This document shows, piece by piece, positions 22,103 through 32,000 of a DNA stretch of 64,000 nucleotides (position 1 is its first letter; each line of letters begins with the position of its first letter). Source of the DNA: Nostoc sp. DedSLP01 (lineage in GTDB: Bacteria > Cyanobacteriota > Cyanobacteriia > Cyanobacteriales > Nostocaceae); the NCBI GenBank assembly GCA_034530875.2, contig JAVRCJ020000016.1, positions 64,001 to 128,000 on the forward strand. The letters run 5' to 3'. Under the pieces are notes generated by a model. The model was not told where the DNA came from, did no database searches, and saw only the letters and a list, made by a program, of their open reading frames with translations. The position numbers and the translations under genes were made by a program.

Positions 22103-23449
22103 ATGTATACAGCACAAGTTCCACTTGGCCCTAAAGGCCATTTTCTTGTTGGTAATCTTCCTGAAATCAATAGAGATGCGCTAACCTTCATCACAGAGTG
22201 GGCACGTAAATATGGAGACATTTTTCGCTTTTCTTTAGGGCCTTTTCCAGCGGTGATGATTAATCATCCTGATTTGATTGAGCAAGTCTTAGTTACCCAG
22301 CAACCTAACTTTGTCAAAAGTGCTGTTTACCGACGTGGACTTCGCTTTTTAGGCAACGGCTTGATTAACAGTGAAGGTCAATTTTGGCAACGTCAACGCC
22401 GTTTAGTACAACCAGCTTTTCATCTTGAGCGAATTGCAGCCTATGCTGATGTCATGGTTGCTTATACTAATCAATTAGTTGAGCAATGGCAAAATGGGGA
22501 AGTCCGCGATATTCATCAAGATATGATGTCGCTGACAGAAAAAATAGTGTCAAAGACGCTATTTGGTTTTGATATTAGAAATGAAGCTTTTGGCGTACAG
22601 ACGGCACTGGACGCGATAATGGATTTTAATAACCAACTTAGCAATCAATATCTACTACCAAGTTGGATACCTACTCCTAGTAACTTACGATATGAACGAG
22701 CTACTAAACAACTAAATGCCATAGTTTATAAGATTATTAACGAGCGACGAGAAAGCGGTAAAGACATCGGTGACTTACTCTCACTGTTACTACAGGTTCG
22801 AGATGAAGACACTGGAACTGGTATGACCGACCGGCAAGTGCGAGATGAAGTGATGACTCTGTTTATAGCAGGCCACGAAACAACAGCTAATGCTATGACA
22901 TGGACATGGTTTTTGCTTTCACAGCACCCGCAGGTACAAGCAAAATTGCATTCTGAATTAAAAACAGTACTGGGAAACCGTACACCAACTTTTGCAGACG
23001 TTCGTTATTTATCCTATACGCAGAAAGTTGTTATGGAAGCAATGCGGCTGTACCCACCTGCATGGGCAATAAGTCGAGTTGCCTTGCAGGACTGTGTTCT
23101 TGGAGGACATAATATCAAAGCTGGTACAACTGTATTTATAAGTCAGTGGGTGATGCATCGAGATTCTCGATTCTTTGAAAATCCAAATGTTTTTGAGCCA
23201 GAACGTTGGGAAAATAATTTACAAAAAAAACTACCCACATTTGCCTACTTTCCTTTTGGTGGCGGTTCGCGGATATGCATTGGTAAATCATTTGCCATGA
23301 TGGAAGCAACTTTACTGTTAGCAACTATTGCGCGCTTGTGGAGTTTGACACTACAACCAGACCATCCAGTTGTGCTTCAGCCATCATTAACATTACGCCC
23401 AAAATATGGCTTAAAAATCCAGCTAAGTAAAAACCTGGAACTTTTATAA
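22103..23449 (+). CDS. Cytochrome P450
   Basis: AGHETT, EAMR, PERW, FGGGSRICIG. Confidence 0.95.
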   Translation: MYTAQVPLGPKGHFLVGNLPEINRDALTFITEWARKYGDIFRFSLGPFPAVMINHPDLIEQVLVTQQPNFVKSAVYRRGLRFLGNGLINSEGQFWQRQRRLVQPAFHLERIAAYADVMVAYTNQLVEQWQNGEVRDIHQDMMSLTEKIVSKTLFGFDIRNEAFGVQTALDAIMDFNNQLSNQYLLPSWIPTPSNLRYERATKQLNAIVYKIINERRESGKDIGDLLSLLLQVRDEDTGTGMTDRQVRDEVMTLFIAGHETTANAMTWTWFLLSQHPQVQAKLHSELKTVLGNRTPTFADVRYLSYTQKVVMEAMRLYPPAWAISRVALQDCVLGGHNIKAGTTVFISQWVMHRDSRFFENPNVFEPERWENNLQKKLPTFAYFPFGGGSRICIGKSFAMMEATLLLATIARLWSLTLQPDHPVVLQPSLTLRPKYGLKIQLSKNLELL

Positions 23450-23501
23450 TTCAGCTTCTTAGCTTGTAGAGTGGGCATTTCGCCTACTTTAACAGCCGCT
23501 A

Positions 23502-23632
23502 TTACAGCAGTTTTCATTTACATGAGGTACAAAGTTACGGGTTTGGAGGCAGGAGGCAGGAGTTAGAAAGAAACTCTTTATGTTTGATGAATCAGTCCTG
23601 CTTGTACCTCACTTACTTGAAATCTGCTGTAA
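23502..23632. mobile_element. MITE, ~131 bp
   Basis: Imperfect 31-bp TIRs TTACAGCAGTTTTCATTTACATGAGGTACAA / TTGTACCTCACTTACTTGAAATCTGCTGTAA; internal AGGCAGG repeats. Confidence 0.75.
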
Positions 23633-23735
23633 CCAAACTCAATATCAATCTTCCCCTTTAATTTTCTGGGGTAAGAAACCCGCCCTAATACCATTTCACC
23701 TTAAGATTGATATATTTAGGCAAGCAGGAGCATTT

Positions 23736-24122
23736 ATGAAAACCACTGGCATTCATCATATAGCGATTATTTGTTCTGACTACGATCGCTCTAAAAAATT
23801 CTATGTCGAAACTTTAGGTTTTTCGATTATTGCAGAGACTTTTCGTACTGCTAGAAATTCTTATAAATTAGATTTACAAGTTGGAGAAAATACTCAAATA
23901 GAGTTATTCTCTTTCCCAAATCCTCCCCAGCGTCCTAGTACTCCAGAGGCTTGTGGTTTAAGACATTTGGCTTTTAAGGTTGATGATATAGAGGAAACTG
24001 TTAATTACTTAAAATCCCAAGGTGTCGAAACAGAGAATATCAGAATTGATGAGCTTACAGGTAAAAAATTCACTTTTTTTAAAGACCCAGATAATTTGCC
24101 GTTAGAGATTTATGAAAATTAG
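23736..24122 (+). CDS. VOC/glyoxalase family protein (YaeR-like)
   Basis: IHHIAII, IELF, GLRHLAF, FFKDPDNLPLEIYE; AGGAG RBS before 23736. The longer ORF start lies inside the MITE. Confidence 0.9.
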   Translation: MKTTGIHHIAIICSDYDRSKKFYVETLGFSIIAETFRTARNSYKLDLQVGENTQIELFSFPNPPQRPSTPEACGLRHLAFKVDDIEETVNYLKSQGVETENIRIDELTGKKFTFFKDPDNLPLEIYEN

Positions 24123-24573
24123 GGGATATAGGTTATCTGATACTCAAGCAATAATGCAATTATTTTACGATACAATTCATGAAATTAATATTGCTGACTA
24201 CACTCAAGAACAAGTCGATGCTTGGGCACCAAAAGATATGGATTATGAAGTTTGGCACAACAGATTACAAACCAAACTTCCTTACATTGCTGAAGAGAAT
24301 GGTGAGATATTTGGGTTTGCAGAATTAGAAGCGGATGGTCACATAAATTGTTTTTATTGCCATAGTAAATATCAAGGTAAAGGTATTGGTTCGCAACTCC
24401 TAAGTCATATAGAAAATTCAGCAAAATTACAAGGAATTAAACGGCTATATGCAGAGGCGAGTATTACTGCAAAACCATTTTTTGAAAATAAAGGATTTAG
24501 CGTAGTCAGAGAACAGCAAGTAGAAAGGCGGGGAGTTTGGTTTAAGAACTATGTAATGGAAAAATATTTATAA
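24112..24573 (+). CDS. GNAT acetyltransferase (YafP-like)
   Basis: YTQEQVDAWA, YQGKGIGS, ASITAKPFFE. Confidence 0.88.
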   Translation: MKIRGYRLSDTQAIMQLFYDTIHEINIADYTQEQVDAWAPKDMDYEVWHNRLQTKLPYIAEENGEIFGFAELEADGHINCFYCHSKYQGKGIGSQLLSHIENSAKLQGIKRLYAEASITAKPFFENKGFSVVREQQVERRGVWFKNYVMEKYL

Positions 24574-24667
24574 ATTTACTTTTGGGAAGACTAAAAAAAT
24601 ACATAGTTATTGTACTAACAAGTAAAAGCCGAAAAAGCATCTACATACCATTTACTCAAATTATTAA

Positions 24668-25447
24668 ATGTTTGATAATATCTGCAAATTTCTCGCTGAA
24701 AATTTCTCCAGAGACTTCGCTACTTGGTTATTAGGCGAACCGGTTACTTTAACAGAACTCAGTCCAAAAGAATTATCTCTCGAACCCATTCGTGCCGATG
24801 CTCTAATTCTGTTACAGTCGGAACAAAGCATATTACATTTGGAATTTCAAACTCAAGTCGATCCCGAAATTCCCTTTCGGATGATTGATTATCGGTTGCG
24901 AGTATATCGGCGCTTTCCAGACAAAGCAATGCATCAAGTTGTAATTTACCTCAAGCAGACAAACTCAGATTTGGTACAACAAAATACATTTACAATTCCA
25001 GGTACACGCCATGAATTTGAAGTTATCAGACTTTGGGAATAACCAACTGAAGTGTTTTTGAGAACCCCTGGACTTTTACCTTTAGCCGTGTTGAGTAATT
25101 CGCTTGAGCCAGAAGTTATACTTAATGAAGTAGCAAGGAAAATTAACGATATTACAGAATCAAGAACTCAAAGTAATATTGCTGCTTCTACGGCTATTTT
25201 AGCTGGTTTAGTATTAGATAAAGAGCTTATCAAACGAGTTTTGAGGTCAGATATTATGCGCGAATCGCCAATATATCAAGATATTTTAGAAGAAGGGAAA
25301 GCTGAAGGGAAAGTTGAAGCTTTACTCGAAGTGGCAAGAAATTTATTTAATACTGGTATGCCATTATAACAGATAGCAGCAGTGACAGGATTAGCGATTG
25401 AACAGTTAAGTTATTTACAGGTAAATGAGTTTGGTGAGTCTAATTAA
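24668..25447 (+). pseudogene. Rpn/YhgA-like PD-(D/E)xK nuclease gene with two in-frame TAA stops
   Basis: FDNICKFL, IRADAL, HLEFQ, RMIDY, VIRLWE*PTEVFL, MRESPIYQ, GMPL*QIAAVTGL; stops at 25040-25042 and 25367-25369. Confidence 0.85.
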
Positions 25448-25541
25448 TAAATAATCGGTGCAGTTTGACTACACCGATGGCTGCGCCGACACTACGCGTA
25501 CGCATAACATAATTTAATTCTAATTCCACCGAACATTTCCC

Positions 25542-26618
25542 TCACGCCAATGCAGAAGCTTGGGGTTTGGCAAAAATCATCCGTCCGGCTGTAGTTTGTA
25601 AAGCACTGGTGACTACTACCCGCAGTTCGCCACCTACATAACTGCTACCTTCTTCAACGACTACCATTGTGCCATCATCAAGGTAACCAATGCCTTGGCT
25701 GGGTTCTTTGCCTTCTTTGAGAATCTTCAAATCTAGGTTGTCGCCAGGTAAATAACTGGGACGAACGGCATTGACTAAATCATTGACATTCAAAACAGGT
25801 ACTTTTTGAACGCTGGCGACTTTAGATAAGTTGTAGTCATTGGTTAGTAGCGTACCGCTGATTTCTTGGGCAAAGCGGACTAACTTGGCATCAACTGTGG
25901 GAGTATCTTCATAGTCAATTGGGTTGATGAGGATGCGATCGGGGTAAGTTTCTTTTATACGGTTGAGAATCTCTAATCCTCTCCTTCCTCTTACCCGCTT
26001 TTGGTCTTTGCTAGCATCTGCTACTTGTTGGAGTTCCTGCAAGACAAACTGCGGGACGATAATTTGTCCTTCCAAAAACCCTGTTTCTAGTAAAGCTTCA
26101 ATGCGACCATCAATAATGCAGCTAGTATCTAAAACTTTGGTATTGGCAGGTTTTAGCGTCCCTTCCACAACCATCGATTCTACGGTGCTGGGATTAATAA
26201 ACCGCAATAAGCCTCGTCCGTGAGTATCAGCCAAATTCATGCCAGTGACGGCAAGGATTATACTGCCGACAACTGCCACGAGTGGCTTAATAAATCCGAA
26301 ATCTGCGGGGATAGGTAACAAAAATAACGGCGCCAGCATGAGGTTCGCTAGCAATAGCCCAATCACTAAACCGATCGCCCGAGTTAAAATTACTTCTAGA
26401 GGCATTTCTTTGACTTGTGCCTCTAAGCGACGATATGTCGTTTGGAAACTCAATCCGATCGCACCACCAATGATGGCAGCGAAAACAGCAATAATCAAGC
26501 GTAAAGCTTCAACATTTGTCACCTTGTCTAAGGTGCCATTGGGTAGTAGTTCGATACTGTAGAACCCTATTCCCGACGCTGCCAGAATGAATGAGAAAAT
26601 TATAATTGCGTCAAGCAT
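25542..26618 (-). CDS. PIN/TRAM-domain membrane protein (YacL-like)
   Basis: Four TM helices; VLDTSCIIDGR, RGRRGL, TNDYNL, GYLDDGTMVVVE. Confidence 0.92.
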   Translation of the reverse strand: MLDAIIIFSFILAASGIGFYSIELLPNGTLDKVTNVEALRLIIAVFAAIIGGAIGLSFQTTYRRLEAQVKEMPLEVILTRAIGLVIGLLLANLMLAPLFLLPIPADFGFIKPLVAVVGSIILAVTGMNLADTHGRGLLRFINPSTVESMVVEGTLKPANTKVLDTSCIIDGRIEALLETGFLEGQIIVPQFVLQELQQVADASKDQKRVRGRRGLEILNRIKETYPDRILINPIDYEDTPTVDAKLVRFAQEISGTLLTNDYNLSKVASVQKVPVLNVNDLVNAVRPSYLPGDNLDLKILKEGKEPSQGIGYLDDGTMVVVEEGSSYVGGELRVVVTSALQTTAGRMIFAKPQASALA

Positions 26619-26868
26619 GGTTATCTTGTGTTCCTGAACTGTGTTAACCGATAAAGTTAAGTATTTTTTATTTCATCGGTCACTATAGGCTAATCAATAT
26701 TGATTTACACTAAACGATTAGGCAAACAATATCTGCAATTATTATAACTAAAGGCTTTTATCTTCATATTTTTCATTGTTTCGTTGTAAAAAGACAAAAA
26801 CTTGTAAAAAAACTAATCATTTTCATGCTTTCTAATTTGTAGTTGGGCTAACTTAATTCTTTCTCAAA

Positions 26869-28038
26869 ATGAGCCAAAAATTTCATGTTTCTGGAATTGC
26901 AAGTTCTGCTTATATACATATTCCCTTTTGCAGACGGCGATGTTTTTATTGTGATTTCCCTGTGTCTGTTGTAGGCGATCGCTTGCGAGGCGAAACATCT
27001 GGTACTATCTCCCAATATGTTGAAGCGTTATGTCAAGAAATCGCCATTACCCCGACATTTGGCGAACCCTTAAAAACTATTTTCTTCGGTGGTGGTACTC
27101 CTTCGCTGTTATCAACAGGACAGTTAGAACGTATAATCGCACAGCTAGACCAGCATTTTGGTATTGCTGCTGGGGTAGAAATTTCAATGGAAATGGATCC
27201 AGCTACCTTTGATTTAGAACATCTAGCAGGTTATCGTAATGCTGGCGTGAACCGTGTAAGTTTGGGCGTACAAGTTTTCGATAAAGAATTATTGCAAATT
27301 GCGGGGCGATCGCACTCAGTCGAAGATATTTTTGCAGCTGTGGAATTAATCCACCAAGTCGAGATTCCCCAATTTAGCTTAGACTTAATTTCTGGGTTGC
27401 CGCATCAGTCTTTGGAGCGATGGCAGGATTCTCTAAACAAAGCCTTAGCAGTTTTACCCACTCACATATCGATTTACGACCTTACCATTGAACCAGGTAC
27501 AGCCTTTGGTCGTTACTACAAACCGGGTGACAGTCCTTTACCGACGGATGAAAGTACAGTCCAAATGTACCAAATGGCGCAGCAGATTTTGACTGATGCA
27601 GGCTACGAACATTATGAGATTTCTAATTATGCTCAACCCGGCCATCAATGCCGACATAATCGAGTGTATTGGGAAAACCGCCCTTATTATGGTTTTGGCA
27701 TGGGTGCAGCGAGTTATCTTCAGGGAAAACGCTTCACTCGTCCGCGCAAGACTAAAGAATATTACCAATGGGTGCAAAGTGGCGCTGTAATTGATTGTGA
27801 AGTGACCCCCCCAAAGGAAGTATTGTTAGAAACGTTAATGTTAGGGTTGCGTTTAGCGGAGGGTGTAAATTTAGCAGCCTTTGGGGAAGAGAAGGCAGAG
27901 GAAATTTGTCGGTATTTGCGAGAGTATTTTGATAAAGGTTGGGTAAAAGTTGTAGGAGGAAGGTTGCGTTTGACCGATCCTCAAGGCTTTTTGTTTTCTA
28001 ATGTAGTGTTAGCAGAGTTATTTGAAAAGTTGGGGTGA
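26869..28038 (+). CDS. hemW: Radical SAM heme chaperone HemW
   Basis: YIHIPFCRRRCFYCDF, GGGTPS, YEISNY, HNRVYW. Confidence 0.9.
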   Translation: MSQKFHVSGIASSAYIHIPFCRRRCFYCDFPVSVVGDRLRGETSGTISQYVEALCQEIAITPTFGEPLKTIFFGGGTPSLLSTGQLERIIAQLDQHFGIAAGVEISMEMDPATFDLEHLAGYRNAGVNRVSLGVQVFDKELLQIAGRSHSVEDIFAAVELIHQVEIPQFSLDLISGLPHQSLERWQDSLNKALAVLPTHISIYDLTIEPGTAFGRYYKPGDSPLPTDESTVQMYQMAQQILTDAGYEHYEISNYAQPGHQCRHNRVYWENRPYYGFGMGAASYLQGKRFTRPRKTKEYYQWVQSGAVIDCEVTPPKEVLLETLMLGLRLAEGVNLAAFGEEKAEEICRYLREYFDKGWVKVVGGRLRLTDPQGFLFSNVVLAELFEKLG

Positions 28039-28048
28039 GAAACCGCTT

Positions 28049-28936
28049 ATGCAAAAAAATCAAGTTAGAAAAGCTGTGATTCCAGCAGGTGGTTTTGGCA
28101 CTCGTTTGTTTCCAGCTACCAAAGTTGTGAAAAAAGAACTTTTCCCGATTATTGATAGAGATGGTAGGGCAAAACCTGTAATTCTCGCAATTATTGAAGA
28201 GGCAATTAGTGCTGGAATTACAGAAGTGGGAATAGTGGTACAGCCAGACGATAAAGAAATATTTGAAGATTTATTAAAAAAGCCGCCCAAAAAAGAACTT
28301 TTTGACAAACTTTCACCGCAAAATCAAGAATATAGCCAATATTTACAAGATTTAGGTAGCAAAATTACTATCTTATTCCAAGAAGAGCAATTAGGTTACG
28401 GTCATGCAGTATTTTGTGCTAAGGATTGGGTGCAAAATGAACCTTTTTTGTTAATGTTAGGCGACCACATTTATGCATCTAATTCGGAAAAATCTTGTAC
28501 TAGTCAAATTTTAGATGTTTACGAAAAAGTTAATCAAAGCGTTGTTAGCTTAACTGCTATGCCAGCAGAAATGCTTTATCAAGCAGGGTGTGTAACAGGA
28601 GTTTGGCAAGAGTTAAATTCAATTCTCAAGGTTACACAACTATATGAAAAACCTAGTATTGAATACGCACAAAAACATCTGCGTGTCGAAGGCATGGCAG
28701 AAAATGAGTTTTTATGTATATTTGGTTTGTATTTGCTAACGCCGAAAATTTTTGACTTTCTAGGAGAACACATCAATCAAAATTTTCTCGAACGAGGTGA
28801 ATTTCAGCTAACATCTTGTTTGGATAGATTGTGCCAAGAAGAAGGAATGACAGGATATGTTGTCAAAGGTAAGCGTTTTGATACAGGTTTGCCAGATGCT
28901 TATCGTCAGACGATGATTGATTTTAGAAATGCCTAA
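28049..28936 (+). CDS. UTP-glucose-1-phosphate uridylyltransferase-like nucleotidyltransferase
   Basis: KAVIPAGGFGTRLFPATKVVKKE, QLGYGHAV, LGD, EKP, GEFQLT. Confidence 0.85.
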   Translation: MQKNQVRKAVIPAGGFGTRLFPATKVVKKELFPIIDRDGRAKPVILAIIEEAISAGITEVGIVVQPDDKEIFEDLLKKPPKKELFDKLSPQNQEYSQYLQDLGSKITILFQEEQLGYGHAVFCAKDWVQNEPFLLMLGDHIYASNSEKSCTSQILDVYEKVNQSVVSLTAMPAEMLYQAGCVTGVWQELNSILKVTQLYEKPSIEYAQKHLRVEGMAENEFLCIFGLYLLTPKIFDFLGEHINQNFLERGEFQLTSCLDRLCQEEGMTGYVVKGKRFDTGLPDAYRQTMIDFRNA

Positions 28937-29021
28937 ATTGGTGCGATCGCCTTGCTGTGACAGCATATTCTGATAATTTGTTTGGCGGACTAAAGTTCAG
29001 TTAACTTGTCATTAACGATCT

Positions 29022-29030
29022 GGGAATACT
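29022..29030 (+). promoter_or_regulatory. Putative SigJ -10 element (J-box GGGAATACT)
   Basis: Exact GGGAATACT 32 nt before the ATG; TCTGGGAATACTAAATC is repeated before the paralogue. Confidence 0.6.
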
Positions 29031-29062
29031 AAATCCACCAGAAATTGTGAGGATTTAGCTGT

Positions 29063-32000
29063 ATGGTCAGTGCTGTTGCGAGTATTCTCGGATATTGCAT
29101 CATTGAAGAACTCTACAGTGGTTCTAGAACCCAAGTTTATCGAGCAGTTAGAGAATCCGACTTAGCACCAGTAGCGATTAAACTACTGAAAAATCCTTTT
29201 CCTAGCTTCCATGAACTCTTGTCGTTTCGCAATCAGTACACCATTGCAAAAAATCTCCATTCATCTTGCATTATTCAAACCTATAGCCTCGAACCCTTCC
29301 AAAATGGCTATATTTTAGTTATGGAAGACTTTGGGGGAATTTCTCTCAATGATTATTTTGCCAAAAATCAAAGTGTCGTGTTTTTAAAAGAGTTTTTAGT
29401 AATAGCGATCGCTTTGTGCGATACCTTAGATATACTCTACCGCGATCGCATCATTCATAAAGATATTAAACCCGCCAATATATTAATTAATCCCGAAACC
29501 AAGCAAGTTAAATTAATCGACTTTAGCATTGCATCTTTACTACCACGAGAAACTCAAACACTAGTCAATCCTAATGTTTTAGAAGGAACATTAGCTTATA
29601 TATCTCCAGAACAAACAGGGAGAATGAATCGTGGGATAGACTATCGCACAGACTTCTATTCTTTGGGCGTAACTTTTTATGAATTACTCACAGGAGAGTT
29701 ACCTTTTGCATCAAATGACCCAATGGAGTTGGTACATTCTCATTTGGCAAAACTCCCAGAAAAGTTAAGTAATCCCAAAACAGAACTTCCTTCAGTTTTG
29801 GGTGAGATTGTCATGAAATTGATGGCAAAAAATGCTGAAGATAGATATCAAAGTGCATTAGGATTAAAGTTTGACTTAGAGAATTGTTTACAGCAGCTAG
29901 AAGCAACTGGTGAAATTAAATCCTTTGAAATTGCACAGCGTGATGTGTGCGATCGCTTCCTCATCCCTGATAAAATTTATGGACGAGAAGCTGAAGTTCA
30001 AACCCTGCTGCAAGCATTTGATAGAGTCAGTCTTGGTGCAACAGAAATGATGCTCGTTGCTGGGTTTTCAGGGATTGGTAAAACCGCCGTTGTTAATGAA
30101 GTACATAAACCAATTGTCAGACAACGTGGCTATTTTATCAAAGGTAAATATGACCAATTCCAACGCAATATTCCTTTCAGTGCTTTTGTGCAAGCATTCC
30201 GGGATTTAATGGAGCAATTATTAACGGAAAGTGATGTCCAAATTCAGCAATGGAAAAATAAAATATTAGAGGCTGTTGGTGAAAATGGACAGGTAATTAT
30301 TGAAGTAATTCCCGAACTTTCCAGAATTATTGGCGAACAACCTCCAGCGATAGAATTATCAGGAACAGCAGCAGAAAATCGCTTCAATTTATTATTCCAA
30401 AAATTTACTTCTGTCTTTACTAGTGCAGAACATCCATTAGTAATGTTTTTAGATGACTTGCAATGGGCAGATTCGGCATCTCTCAAGTTAATGCAGCTAT
30501 TAATGGCTGATACAAGTCATCTTTTCATTATCGGTGCGTACCGCGATAACGAAGTTAATCCAGGACATCCATTGATGTTGACTTTGAGCGATATTCAAAA
30601 AACTCAAGCCACAATCAATACAATAACTCTAGCACCACTGAGTCAAGAGCAAGTTAATAAGTTAGTTGCTGATACTCTCAAATGTTCAGAAAATTTGGCA
30701 GTGTCTATTTCGCAATTAATCTATCAAAAAACCAAAGGAAACCCATTTTTCGCTGTTCAGTTTCTTAAAGCATTACATCAAGATAGATTAATTCAATTTG
30801 ATTTTGAGTTGGGTTGTTGGCAATGCGATATTACCCAAGTAACAACTCAAGCAGTTACAGATGATGTTGTAACCTTTATGGGTTTTCAATTGCGAAAACT
30901 ACCGCAATCTACCCAAGATTTATTACAATTAGCAGCTTGTATTGGCAGTCAGTTTGATTTAGCAACTTTGGCAATTGTTTCTGAACAATCAGAACTTGAG
31001 ACAGCTACTGCTTTGTGGAAAGCATTACAAGAAGGATTGATTTTGCCGATAGGAGATGTTTACAAGTTTTATATCGGGCAAGAAAATCAAGTATGTACAT
31101 TGGCAAATCAACAGAATGTTACATACAAATTTTTACACGATCGCATTCAACAAGCTGCCTATTCTCTAATTCCTGATGACCAAAAACAGATTACTCACCA
31201 CCAAATCGGACAACTGCTTCTGCAACAGATTTCCCCAACAGCTAGAGAAGAACGCATTTTTGAAATCGTTAATCAATTAAATTACGGAACTACTTTAATT
31301 ACCCAGCAAGCAGAAAGAGAAGAATTAGCACAACTCAATTTGATTGCTTGTCGCAAAGCCAAAAATTCCACTGCCTATCAAGCTGCGAGTGAATATGCCA
31401 AAGTTGGATTATCTTTGTTAGGAGAAAAAGCTTGGCAACAGCAATATGAAATGAGCCTTGCTTTCTATGAATTAGCTGCGGAAATCGCTTCTTTGTGCGG
31501 TGAATTTGCAGTAATGGAACAGTTGGTTGATAGTGTTATCGAACAGGCACACTCTCTGCTAGAAAAGGTCAATGTCTACTGTATTATAATTCAGTCTTAC
31601 GTTTTTCAGAATAAACCAGTCGAAGCCCTTGATATCGGACAGAAACTCCTGCAACAGCTTGGCGTAACTTTTCCTGAATCACCCACACCAGTAGATATTC
31701 AACAGTCAATTCAAGAGATTAAAGAGTTAATTGGAGATAGAGAAATTGCAGATTTAATTGATTTACCTGTGATGACAGATCGGCAAATCTTAGCAATTAT
31801 CCAGATTGCTAGTATTAGCATCTCACCAGCGTATAACTGTGGTTCTATCTTGTGTCCATTACTGATGGCGTTGTCAGTCAAATTATCCATTCAGCATGGA
31901 AATACAGTAACTTCTGCATTTAGTTATGCTAACTATGGCTTCCTTCTCTGCAATCTTTTCCAAGATGTAGATACAGGAACAAAGTTTGGTCAATTGTCAC

